Shown here in pieces: positions 1-12,283 of a stretch of 64,000 nt of DNA (position 1 is the stretch's first letter; every line of letters begins with the position of its first letter). A model generated the notes under the pieces. It was not told where the DNA came from, did no database searches, and worked only from the letters and a program-made list of their open reading frames with translations. The stretch lies in NCBI GenBank assembly GCA_032718475.1, contig JAUCBJ010004144.1:124001-188000 (forward strand). Reading direction: 5' to 3'. The stretch comes from Nemertoderma westbladi. Its lineage: Eukaryota > Animalia > Xenacoelomorpha. Both the position numbers and the translations under genes were made by a program.

Positions 1-1874
1 GCTAAGGTAATAATTAGAGTACCGTAAACTATTCACGCTGAGTGGTTATTTGAATTAGCGGGCAATAAGCTAGATCGCAGTATTCAGTACGCAAAACGCA
101 TTAGTAATTTGCTGGCCTAAAGCCAGCCGCAGACAAGTTTAGTCCCACTATAGGTATTAGCCCAAATAAACACTGTACCGATTTGATTATTTAAATATTC
201 TCGCATTCACACATTCCGTTAGGGAAACCCAGTATTCGCGATTAGAAAGGACGTAGGCATTGGCGTACTTTAACAGTAAGATTAGGCCATAAGAATATAC
301 TCTGAGTGTAAGACCTCTCACACTCGTCTTAAGTCAGCTTAGGGAGTCAATTCGGGTTTGTTGTTTTGGTTATTCCCGCGTGGCTCATATATTCGAACAG
401 TTAGCTCTCTATCGAGTAATTGGTAGAGAAAGGAACAAGAAATTAGCAGGAGCCATAGAAAATTAGTAAAACATATTAGCGGACGGTAGGCGAGCGCCAT
501 CCAACGGTAAGTAGCGGTTTTGTATTTAGCAACCCCTTACATTAGCAATAATACGCTCCTGATTGCCCTGTCTAATAAATAGAGCAGTTTTGTGTCTTTA
601 TTGGTTAGGCCGGGGTAGTTTGTTTAACAGTATATGTGTACAAGCTGATCATTTCTACTTAGTTACCATAGTCTATATTTCTATTTATATTATATATTAT
701 ATTATATATTCAGTATATTTGTGCTTGCTGTACTCTAGTTAATTGACTTGTGCAGAAATGAAATTGAATTTTTGGGTTCAGTCGACAGGAAATTGAGCAG
801 ATATTAAACTTTTTGTTTAACGAATAATTCAATTTGATATGTAATAATGTATTTAATATGTTTAATGTTAAACAAAAAATTTAATGTGATTTATACTTTA
901 TAGTGCTGTTTTAGAATTTGTAAATTTTGGTTCGTAAATCTGATTACTTTTGTGATTTTTCCTCTTTTTCTTTAATTGAAATTGTGCTGTGATTGATTGC
1001 AGGTAATATAAATCATTATTGTCGTTTATTTTTGGTCCAAAATAGATATACATTTACTTATTTATTACATAATAACTATATAAAATCCTACATTATATTA
1101 TTGTGCTATTTATGTCTGTCTAACTGTACGTGCATAATTATTTCTTATTCACTGTACGATAATAACAATAATAATAGACTTACCGTATTTTAGTAATTTA
1201 GTATTTTTGTATTACTGTATGTGCATTTGTAATCCTCTTCACTGTAGATAGTGACAGCGGTGGAATTCCATTGTCTTTATATGTGAACATGGAGGAGGGT
1301 AGTACCCTTATGTATCACATAGGAGCGGGATTGAGTGTACAGTAGGAATTGAATTCCACTTGGAACCCACAAGTGAGACAATTTTTAAAAAATTATTAGA
1401 CAAATCCATTTAGTTGGATTTAAATTTAAGAAAAATGATTCTCCAGTGAATGCGAATTCTAGAATACAGCTAGTTAAAAATTAAAATTGGGGAAGACAAG
1501 AGCGGATGGAAGGCTTGCGAGCCTACCGATAAATTTTTTTGGAAAAAGAAAATCGGCCTTGTTCTACGTAGTCGTGTCTACTATTATTTAGACCGAATTA
1601 ATTCTCGACTGAATTATTTTTATTGGGAAAGTAGTTTGGGAAATTAAAAGGTGAGTATTTTAGACTCGCGGCTAGTTTACCCGGAATTCGTTTTTTATCG
1701 GCACAATTATTTGGATTAGGAGCCAGTGCGAAATCACGCGAACCCGAAGTCATTAGGCAAATGGGTTTGGGTTTTAGAGCAAAGTTGAGCCAAAAGCCGA
1801 CAAACTCTAAGTCACCTCACATCTAACCTCTGTTTGTGCTTCCTCTAGTAGAAACACTACATATACAGGGATTC

Positions 1875-2591
1875 ACGCAGGAACAGGAGCACCAGGCACC
1901 GTTTAATCGTTATGGAGCCAAAACTTTAACGTGTTTGGAGTGGAGAGTATGGCTAGGAGTACAGCCAAGCTCGCTAAATCCAAGACGGATCCAAACATCA
2001 CGCGACAGCGATTGGACGCTTATAACAAAAGAGCGGAGGAGTTACGTGCGGAGTTCAAAGCGTTGTACCCCTACGATGCGTTATGCGACGCCAGTGAAAT
2101 TTGCGAGGATCCAGACACGGAGATACGCCGATTATATCATACGCTGCAATTTTTGACGGAAAACGAACCCTTGCCTGCAGCCAGGGATGAATATGAAGGA
2201 ATACGAGAAAGGCGAGATCGAGGAGTTCGGCGGAAGGCTCGCGAGCCTACCATTTTACTGGATATCCCACGATCAAACCAAACCTAAGTAGATGACACCC
2301 ATGCTCTTCGATAGTATCACCTTTGCTCAGCGTTTGTCGCAGAGACTACAGATACCTCATGTCGAGATGACGCAAGAACCTCGGCCCCATCCTACTAAAG
2401 CGGTAGTACCAGTCGCGAGACCAACCAGATATTTATATTTGGATATTATATTTGGGTATTTATATTTGGATATTATATTTGGGTATTTATATTTGGATAT
2501 TATATTTGGTTATTTATATTGGACGTTACGTTTGGACGTTGGTTTTGGAGGAGCGAGATATAGAAAGGAAGGCTTGCGAGCCTACCGTTAG
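1875..2591 (+). pseudogene. Deleted/frameshifted copy of accessory ORF3
   Basis: MARSTAKLAKSK..EIRRLYHTLQFLT..PLPAARDEYEG and AQRLSQRLQIPHVEMT match ORF 43034-44080. Two large internal deletions correspond to ~43288-43660 and ~43886-44305. Confidence 0.9.
2430..2522 (+). repeat. 24-bp tandem repeat (YLYLDIIFG x3) at a deletion junction
   Basis: tatttatatttggatattatatttgg repeated three times; single copy in the intact element near 44308-44333. Confidence 0.85.
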
Positions 2592-2948
2592 CAATTGGTG
2601 CTCAGGAGAAGATATCCAGACCAGCAGGACGAACTTTAGCTCGTCAGGAGGACACTTTAAAACTTATTTGAAAGTTATTAGCGCGTTATGTTTATTTTAT
2701 ATTTGAACTGATTTAATTTGGTGGAAGTTTATTATGTATATTTACAATATATAAAGATTTATCGAAGGAAATTTTGAAATTATTTGTTTGATTTGTTCTA
2801 ATTTGTTTTGATTTAATTTGTTTAATTTGTTTATCTTGATAACCGAAAGCTTTTTTTCGTATTTTATGTACTAAAGTTAATTGGTAAATTTGTGTTTTGT
2901 ATGTATGATCGATTGTATTTACGCCGTACCTGCAATATTAAGTATGCA

Positions 2949-3242
2949 TTGCATACTTTCCTACATCCAAAAATATTTTGCATGTACCTCTTTGATACTA
3001 ATGGCTAAGGTTCTGTCATTCAGCCAACTTATATTTTCATAGTTTTATTAATCTGGTTATATTTGTCACTGGGACACAAAATACCAAAATTCTGAAAATT
3101 AAATTGGTTGGGGGCAGGTGTTACCCTTAATGTAATTCAAAAATATTTTGCAAGGGACGTTTTTATACTAATGGTCAACTTTCCCACACATAGCCAAGTG
3201 CGATTTCAACAATTTGATTTTTTCACTCCGGCCTAGTATGCA
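2949..3242. mobile_element. ~290-bp MITE-like insertion in the 3' UTR of the deleted element
   Basis: Absent from the intact copy (aagtatgcaataattag, ~44739). Flanked by agtatgca at 2941-2948 and 3235-3242; begins ttgcatact, the inverted form of agtatgcaa. Contains an internal ~45-bp duplication. Confidence 0.55.
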
Positions 3243-3360
3243 ATAATTAGATAGCGATTATTTTATATTTTAGGCCCCACCAGTAGATTTAGAAGTAGTT
3301 TGTAAATATTTTGTATTTCGATTGGTGAAAACAGTCTTACTTACTGTTTTCATGGAGCGG

Positions 3361-5530
3361 TGGTGAATTATTTCACTATAAGATAGCATTTGTAGTTTAA
3401 CTTTAAGTTACAGTAATGTAATATGCCTATTCATATTTGTACACGTAAAACCCCTAGTTACTCTCGTGGTGTAGTGGTCAGATGGTTAAGGCGTTGGTTT
3501 CATTACAGATAGGTTACGAGTTCGAATCCTGGTCAGGAAATTTGCTTTTTGGGGCAATTTATTTTCATTTGGTACAAATTGATAGGCCAATGAGGTGCGT
3601 ACAACGTTTCGAACGATGAGTTGGGCCAATCATAGGGCATAGAACATCTTATTGCTCCAATGTGAGGCCATGGAATACTCTAGAAGATTCTAGTGGATTC
3701 TATGTTCCAGATTTAGTATATAAAGGGCTGGTTTCCCTTCGGTTATCACTTATCACAACTTGTATTAACACTCTTGCACAACTTACTTCTTGCTTAGTTA
3801 TTCGTTTCTTGTTGAAACTATTTGTAATTCTGTTTGATAAATCTTTGCTAAACTGTAAATACACTGCAAACTCCTGAACATGTTTTTCTTTGGTCCAACT
3901 TTGGGACAACCAAACATCGGGAAGATGGCAGCCTAGACTGTTAGGCCGTCAGCAACGCAGGGAGAAGATGTCCACAACACGCTAGCGCCCACATTAGATT
4001 AGACCGCGCACCCCCTTCGCCCTACGAAATACTCCACTTGCCATGCAGCGCCCGACTTCCGAGGAAGGTAAGACTTTGTTCGACGCCCTTGCCCGACGTA
4101 AGACCTATAGATCAGGGCAAGCGTGACGCCGTCCTGGGACGCCGCAAAATTTAGGATCAAATAATTATATTTTAGCCAGAAACCCCCTTTGTCAGTCCTG
4201 CGAATCCCTGGTTTACCTGTATACCTCACAGGTAGAAGCGAGCTATTGCCATCCGTCAGTACACGAGTACATATTAGGTACAGACAGCATATGTTCCATA
4301 ATTTAGTAATTCGCAAACTGACTGTTTGGTACCGGTTCGCTTTGTAGAGTATACATTAGTACACCCCCCCCCCCCTGCCTGAAGTTAGTTATTTGATCAG
4401 GCAAGGAGTATTTCTGCTACCGGCACACCGCTTGGCCTAGGGAGGTTTTATTAATATCCTACCGCGCCTTGCCACATACTGATAGGTATTTGCTGCTAAC
4501 TACCGCGGCAACAAAGTTCTAGAATCAAATTTGTATACCAGATCAGCTAACGTATGGTAGCAATTAACCCCTATTTCTTATCTTACAACCAGAATCTGGT
4601 ATTAGTGCCGATCACGGGTGTAGTTACAACACCGTGGTTGCCCAGTGAGTTGTGGATAGGAAGGAGAGAGCTTTGACGTCATTTGTAAGTATAAAGTTCT
4701 ACAAAACGCGACTAGCTTATTTTAGTAGCTAGCGCACGGTATTATTTTGGTCAGAGAATTACTAAAACCTAGTAAAATGGTATACACCAAAATTGTTTTA
4801 TTGTAACACACCCACACACACACGCCCTAAAACATATTTACCCTTAGAGTTCTACTAGTTATAGCGCACTTTAGATTACTTTTAGGCAGAATTTATCTGT
4901 AATTTACTATTCGTATTTGTAGAATTAGGATCTGATATTTAGTTACGGCAAAAAGGGAGTATTTTATTTTCGTTATTAAACTGTTGTTTTCTGCTCAGCA
5001 GTATTGTTACATTAGGCACGACCCTCTTTAGACTGATTTAGTACTGAATCAGTATTGTTACGCTAGGGCCGTAAACCACCTAGCTCGTATATAAACCATA
5101 TAAATCACACCACGACAAGTTACGGTATTTAGGACTGTCAGCAATAGTTAGGATTCGCTACGCGGGGATTGTTTTCCCGTGAGTTTGGTCTGTTACTGTA
5201 ACTGTACATCTGCCATACCGGTTAGAGGACAGGTATCCTTTTGTCTAGTTCGTAGGCATTAGACCCGCTCACGTTCATAGAATAGACACCAGGCTCTGCT
5301 CCTCGCCAGTAGTAGTTTGTGTATTGTATCTGTTTGTTTAGATATCCTGGACTGGGATTTGTTGTCAGATACTGTATGAGCCCGTTTCATTACTAGAGTA
5401 TCACAGTAAGATACATCGTTACTAGGATCTGGTAAGCGGTATACTACTGGACTTTACGGTTAGAGATATTCTATAGCTTCGTATTAGTAGATTTGTAGGC
5501 CGTAGGATAGTCCCTACCGTAGAGGACACA
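3361..5530 (+). repeat. Diverged 3' LTR (sister subfamily)
   Basis: Starts TG directly after catggagcgg, as at 44868. Colinear with 30047-32340 but has only one copy of the duplicated CCAAT module and a different 3' end. Confidence 0.85.
3461..3540 (+). other. tRNA-like (A-box/B-box) segment in LTR U3
   Basis: tggtgtagtgg A-box, gagttcgaatcc B-box; no convincing full cloverleaf. Confidence 0.6.
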
Positions 5531-8500
5531 AGAAGGGGAAAGACGAAGCAAAGAACAGCTGATTACATTACGTTCATGAAATAGCTGAGATACTTGAGGT
5601 GAATTGTTGCATTATATATGAACTTCAGCTCCAGTCTCTTTGGCAATACGATGAAACTATAATAAATATTCTAGAACACAATAATATTAACAGGGAGATA
5701 GGCTACTTATCTCTTCACTGTGTTACCAGTGTTACCTGTTCTTTTGACTTTCATTTTAGATTCTCTATCTCATGGAGTGGGTTAGAAGTTATAAATATGA
5801 AAATCGATGTGGTTTTTGAAAAAAATCAGAGGATATTTTGATAAATTATTGCTGAAAAACCCCTAGGATTTTGACATGGCTTTAATACTCATTATATTCA
5901 TGAAATAGCTAAAAAAGTTGAGGTGAATTATTGTATCACATATTAACTTCGGCTCCAGCCGCTTTGGCAACACGATGAAACTATAATTAATATTATAGAA
6001 CACAACAATATTAACAGGGAGATATGCTACTTATCTCTTCACTCTGAGAGCCTCAAAAAGGGGGTGTTCTGACACAATCAAAATGCATCCATCTCCAGGG
6101 GAAAGACGAAGCAAAGAACAGCTGATTACTTCTATAAATGTAAGTGTTACCTGCTCTTTTGACTTTCATTTAAGATTGTCTATCTCTTGGAGTGGGTTAG
6201 AAGTCATGAATATGAAAATCGATGTCGTTTTTTGCAAAAAATCAGAGGAGATTTTAATAAATTAATGCTGAAAAACACCAAGGATTTTGACATGGCTTTA
6301 ATACTCATTATATTCATGAAATAGCTGAGAAATTTGAGGTGAATTATTGTATCACATATTAACTTCGGCTCCAGCCGCTTTGGCAATACGATGAAACTAT
6401 AATAAATATTCTAGAACACAACAATATTAACAGGGAGATAGGCTACTTATATCTTCACTCTGAGAGCCTCAAAAAGGGGGTCTTCCGACGCAATCAAAAT
6501 TCATCCATCTCCAGGGGAAAGACGAAGCAAAGAACAGCTGATTACTTCTATAAATGTAAGTGTTACCTGCTTTTTTGACTTTCATTTAAGATTGTCTATC
6601 TCTTGGAGTGGGTTAGAAGTCATGAATATGAAAATCGATGTTGTTTTTTGAAAAAAATCAGAGGAGATTTTAATAAATTATTGCTGAAAAACACCAAGGA
6701 TTTTGACATGGCTTTAATACTCATTATATTCATGAAATAGCTGAGAAATTTGAAGTGAATTATTGTATCACATATTAAGTTCGGCTCCAGCCGCTTTGGC
6801 AATACGATGAAACTATAATACATATTCTAGAACAAAACAATATTAACAGGGAGATAGGCTACTTATATCTTCACTCTGAGAGCCTAAAAAAGGGGGTGTT
6901 CCGACGCAATCAAAATTCATCCAACTCCAGGGGAAAGACGAAGCAAAGAACAGCTGATTACTTCTATAAATGTAAGTGTTACCTGCTCTTTTGACTTTCA
7001 TTTAAGATTGTCTATCTCTTGGAGTGGATTAGAAGTCATGAATATGAAAATCGATGTGGTTTTTTGTAAAAAATCAGAGGAGATTTTAATAAATTATTGC
7101 TGAAAAACACCAAGGATTTTATACTCATTATATTCATGAACTATTTGAGATATTTAATACGATGAAACTATAATAAATATTCTAGAACATAACAATATTA
7201 ACAGGGAGATAGGCTACTTATATCTTCACTCTGAGAGCCACAGATAGGGGGTGTTCCGACGCAATCAAAATTAATCCATCTCCTGGAGAAAGACGAAGCA
7301 AATAACAGCAGATTACTTCTATAAATGTAAGTGTTACCTGTTCTTATGACTTTCGTTTAAGATTCTCTATCTCGTGGAGTGGGTTAGAAGTTATAAATAT
7401 GAAAATCGATGTCGTTTTTTGTAAAAAATCAGAGGAGATTTTAATAAATTAATGCTGAAAAACACCAAGGATTTTGACATGGCTTTAATACTCATTATAT
7501 TCATGAAATAGCTGAGAAATTTGAGGTGAATTATTGTATCACATATTAACTTCGGCTCCAGCCGCTTTGGCAATACGATGAAACTATATTAAATATTCTA
7601 GAACACAACAATATTAACAGGGAGATAGGCTACTTATATCTTCACTCTGAGAGCCTCAAAAAGGGGGTGTTCCGACGCAATCAAATTCATCCATCCCCAG
7701 GGGAAAGACGAAGCCAAGAACAGCTGATTACTTCTATAAATGTAAGTGTTACCTGCTCTTTTGACTTTCATTTAAGATTCTATATCTTCACTCTGAGAGC
7801 CTCAAAAAGGGGGTGTTCCGACGCAATCAAATTCATCCATCTCCAGGGGAAAGACGAAGCCAAGAACAGCTGATTACTTCTATAAATGTAAGTGTTACCT
7901 GCTCTTTTGACTTTCATTTAAGATTCTCTATCTCATGGAGTGGGTTAGAAGTTATAAATATGAAAATCGAGGTGGTTTTTGAAAAAAATCAGAGGATATT
8001 TTGATAAATTATTGCTGAAAAACCCCTAGGATTTTGACATGGCTGTAATACTCATTATATTCATGAAATAGCTGAGAAATTTGAGGTGAATTATTGTATC
8101 ACATATTAACTTCAGCTCCAGCCGCTTTGGCAATACGATGAAACTATAATAAATATTCTAGAACACAACAAAATTAACAGGGAGATAGGCTACTTATCTC
8201 TTCACTCTGAGATCCTCAAGAAGGGGGTGTTCCGACGCAATCAAATTCATCCATCTCCAGGGGAAAGATGAAGCAAAGAACAGCTGATTAATTCTATAAA
8301 TTTAAGTGTTACCTGCTCTTTTGACTTTCATTTAAGATTGTCTATCTCTTGGAGTGGGTTAGAAGTCATGAATATGAAAATCGATGTCGTTTTTTGTAAA
8401 TAATTAGAGGAGATTTTACTAAATTAATGCTGAAAAACACCAAGGATTTTGACATGGCTTTAATACTCATTATATTCATGAAATAGCTGAGAAATTTGAG

Positions 8501-10867
8501 GTGAATTATTGTATCACATATTAACTTCGGCTCCAGCCGCTTTGGCAATACGATGAAACTATAATAAATATTCTAGAACACAACAATATTAACAGGGAGA
8601 TAGGCTACTTATATATTCACTCTGAGAGCCTCAAAAAGGGGGTGTTCCGACGCAATCAAAATTCATCCATCTCCAGGGGAAAGACGAAGCAAAGAACAGC
8701 TGATTACTTCTATAAATGTAAGTGTTACCTGCTGTTTTGACTTTCATTTAAGTTTGTCTATCTCTTGGAGTGGGTTAGAAGTCATGAATATGAAAATCGA
8801 TGTCGTTTTTTGAAAAAAATTAGAGGAGATTTTAATAAATTATTGCTGAAAAACACCAAGGATTTTGACATGGCCTTAATACTCATTATATTCATGAAAT
8901 AGCTGAGAAATTTGAGGTGAATTATTGTATCACATATTAAGTTCGGCTCCAGCCGCTTTGGCAATACGATGAAACTATAATACATATTCTAGAAGACAAC
9001 AATATTAACAGGGAGATAGGCTACTTATATCTTCCCTCTGAGAGCCTAAAAAAGGGGGTGTTCCGACGCAATCAAAATTCATCCATCTCCAGGGGAAAGA
9101 CGAAGCAAAGAACAGCTGATTACTTCTATAAATGTAAGTGTTACCTGCTCTTTTGACTTTCATTTAATATTGTCTATCTCTTGGAGTGGATTAGAAGTCA
9201 TGTATATGAAAATCGATGTCGTTTTTTGTAAAAAATCAGAGGAGATTTTAATAAATTAATGCTGAAAAACACCAAGGATTTCTATACTCATTATATTCAT
9301 GAACTATTTGAGATATTTAATACGATGAAACTATAATAAATATTCTAGAACACAATAATATTAACAGGGAGATAGGCTACTTATCTCTTCACTGTGTTAC
9401 CAGTGTTACCTGTTCTTTTGACTTTCATTTAGGATTATCTATCTCATGGAGTGGGTTAGAAGTTATAAATATGAAAATCGACGTGGTTTTTGAAAAAAAT
9501 CAGAGGATATTTTGATAAATTATTGCTGAAAAACCCCTAGGATTTTGACATGGCTTTAATACTCATTATATTAATGAAATAGCTGAAAAATTTGAGGTGA
9601 ATTATTGTATCACATATTAACTTCGGCTCCAGCCGCTTGGGCAACACGATGAAACTATAATTAATATTATAGAACACAACAATATTAACAGGGAGATATG
9701 CTACTTATCTCTTCACTCTGAGAGCCTCAAAAAGGGGGTGTTCTGACACAATCAAAATGCATCCATCTCCAGGGGAAAGACGAAGCAAAGAACAGCTGAT
9801 TACTTCTATAAATGTAAGTGTTACCTGCTCTTTTGACTTCCATTTAAGATTGTCTATCTCTTGGAGTGGCTTAGAAGTCATGAATATGAAAATCGATGTC
9901 GTTTTTTGAAAAAAATCAGAGGAGATTTTAATAAATTATTGCTGAAAAACACCAAGGATTTTGACATGGCTTTAATACTCATTATATTCATGAAATAGCT
10001 GAGAAATTTGAGGTAAATTATTGTATCACATATTAACTTCGGCTCCAGCCGCTTTGGCAATACGATGAAACTATATTAAATATTCTAGAACACAACAATA
10101 TTAACAGGGAGTTAGGCTACTTATATATTCACTCTGAGAGCCTCAAAAAGGGGGTGTTTCGACGCAATCAAATTCATCCATCTCCAGGGGAAAGACGAAG
10201 CAAAGAACAGCTGATTACTTCTATAAATGTAAGTGTTACCTGCTCTTTTGACTTTCATTTAAGATTGTCTATCTCTTGGAGTGGGTTAGAAGTCATGAAT
10301 ATGAAAATCAATGTCGTTTTTTGAAAAAAATCAGAGGAGATTTTAATAAATTATTGCTGAAAAAAACCAAGGATTTTGACATGGCTTTAATACTCATTAT
10401 ATTCAAGAAATAGCTGAGAAATTTGAGGTGAATTATTGTATTACATAATAACTTTGGCTCCAGCCGCTTTGGCAATACGATGAAACTATAATAAATATTC
10501 TAGAACACAACAATATTAACAGGAAGATAGGCTACTTATCTCTCCACTCTGAGAGCCTCAGAAAGGGGGTGTTCCGACGCAATCAAAATTCATCCATCTC
10601 CTGGGGAAAGACGAAGAAAATTACAGCTGATTACTTCTATTAATGTAAGTGTTACCTGTTCTAATGACTTTCGTTTAAGATTATCTATCTCGTGGAGTGG
10701 GTTAGAAGTTATAAATATGAAAATCGATGTGGTTTTTGAAAAAAATCAGAGGATATTTTGATAAATTATTGCTGAAAAACCCCAAGGATTTTGACATGGC
10801 TTTAATACTTCATTATGTTCATGAAATAGCTGAGATACTTGAGGTGAATTATTGCATTATATATTAA
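5531..10867 (+). repeat. ~416-bp satellite array, block 1 (irregular variants)
   Basis: Monomer landmarks (gaggtgaattattg, ggctccagccgctttggcaa, gggaaagacgaagcaaagaacagctg) recur every 415-416 bp. Includes ~355- and ~325-bp deletion monomers and a 146-bp internal duplication near 7640-7925. Confidence 0.97.
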
Positions 10868-12283
10868 CCCTATTACCACTGGGGTGTTTTGACCATTAGC
10901 ACCACTGGGGGGGGGGCCGATTCGGCCCACCCACTATATTTTTGTAGTCGTCCAATGAAATCCTACAAAATTTGGGCTGTTGGTGAAACAACTATAGATG
11001 AACACTACCAAACCTTAAAAAATTAAAATTTCATAAGCAGGGTCTCATAATTTTGATGAAAAATAAAAGTAGTCCCAGGACAAAATTACAAAATTTTTCG
11101 TTTTCTAAAAACTAATAGTGTGGCAGTGTTGGCTAGATTTAGTAGGTTTTTCAAGACGCTGAATCGAATGTGATTATATTCCACTTCCAAAAATTGAAGT
11201 GGATGCTATTTTTCGTGCACCTAAGAAGTGGGCGTGGCACTTCAAATTTTGAAAAATTAGATATTCAGAAAATGCCCCTAATTTTTTTATTTCAACGCAT
11301 CTTTATGGGTTTTCTGGGCCGCTGAATCGATTGAAAGTAATATAGAAGCCTGAAGACTGAGTGGTTCGCCATTTTTGGTGCACCAAAATTAGGGCGTGGC
11401 ACTTCAAATTTTGAAAAATACGAGATTCGGAAAATAAACCAAAATTGAAATTTTAACGAATTTATATAGGTTTTCCAGACCGCTGAATCGATTGAAAGTA
11501 ATATAGAAGCCTGAAGACTTAGAAGTTAGCCATTTTTTGAAATCAAAACTTTAGTGTTTTTTCCGAAAAAAGTAATTTTGAAAATTTGAAGTGCCACGCC
11601 CTAATTTTGGTGCACCGAAAATTACGTACACAAAGGATTTGAGGCTTCTATATTACTTTCAATCGATTCAGCGCTCCAGAAAACCTATAAAATTAATTTG
11701 AAATCAAAACTTTAGTGAATTTTCCGAATCTCGTATTTTTCAAAATTTGAAGTGCCACGCCCTAATTTTGGTGCACCAAAAATGGCGAACCACTAAGTTT
11801 TCAGGCTTCTATATTACTTTCAATCGATTCAGCGCTCCAGAAAACCTATAAAAATGCTTTGCAAATCAAAACTTTAGTGTATTTTCCGAATCTCGTATTT
11901 TTCAAAATTTGAAGTGCCACGCCCTAATTTTGGTGCACCAAAAATGGCGAAACACTACACTTACATACGTGTATAGAACATTAGAGTGATCCAAACCAAT
12001 AAAAATAAATAAAAATAGCCCAAACATAAATAATTACTAAATCACGAATGACTTTGTAAAATTCGAAAATTTCAAAAAATTTGGTGCTGGAGACCAAATT
12101 TTGAGGTGGCACCCACATCGAAAAGTAGAAATCCAATTGCAACGGCGTTTTTTGCAAAAGATGCGGCATTAAATTTGGCTAATTCTCACAAAAAATTGGG
12201 CCGGTACGTAATGTGGTTGCATAGTTACAGCAACTAAAAACTAGGAAGGGGCCGATTCGGCCCCCCCCCCAGTGCTAATAGGG
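10868..12283. mobile_element. Non-autonomous piggyBac-type DNA transposon (1,416 bp)
   Basis: TTAA TSD at 10864-10867 and 12284-12287. TIRs ccctattaccactgggg / ccccagtgctaataggg; subterminal gggccgattcggccc at both ends; no transposase ORF. Satellite resumes in register. Confidence 0.9.
11140..11950. repeat. Internal ~122-bp repeats arranged as a fold-back (about 3 forward, 3 inverted)
   Basis: gggcgtggcacttcaaattttgaaaaat / gctgaatcgattgaaagtaatatagaagcc on the left; their reverse complements at ~11580-11950. Confidence 0.85.

Larger units (their letters stand above)
1174..5530 (+). mobile_element. Internally deleted relative of the BEL/Pao element at 30047-47160 (post-pol region, broken ORF3, PPT, 3' LTR)
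   Basis: 1174-3360 is colinear with ~42208-44867 and 3361-5452 with the LTR. No pol upstream: 1-1173 is AT-rich and non-coding. Right end (..agaggacaca, 5530) is approximate. Confidence 0.85.

Noticed and set aside
6130-6180. GTAAGT..tttcatttaag in each monomer as a mini-intron, repeated exon or SL-RNA gene
   Set aside because: Flanking frames are broken by indels (caaaatt/caaatt), and I see no recognisable spliced-leader or snRNA structure.
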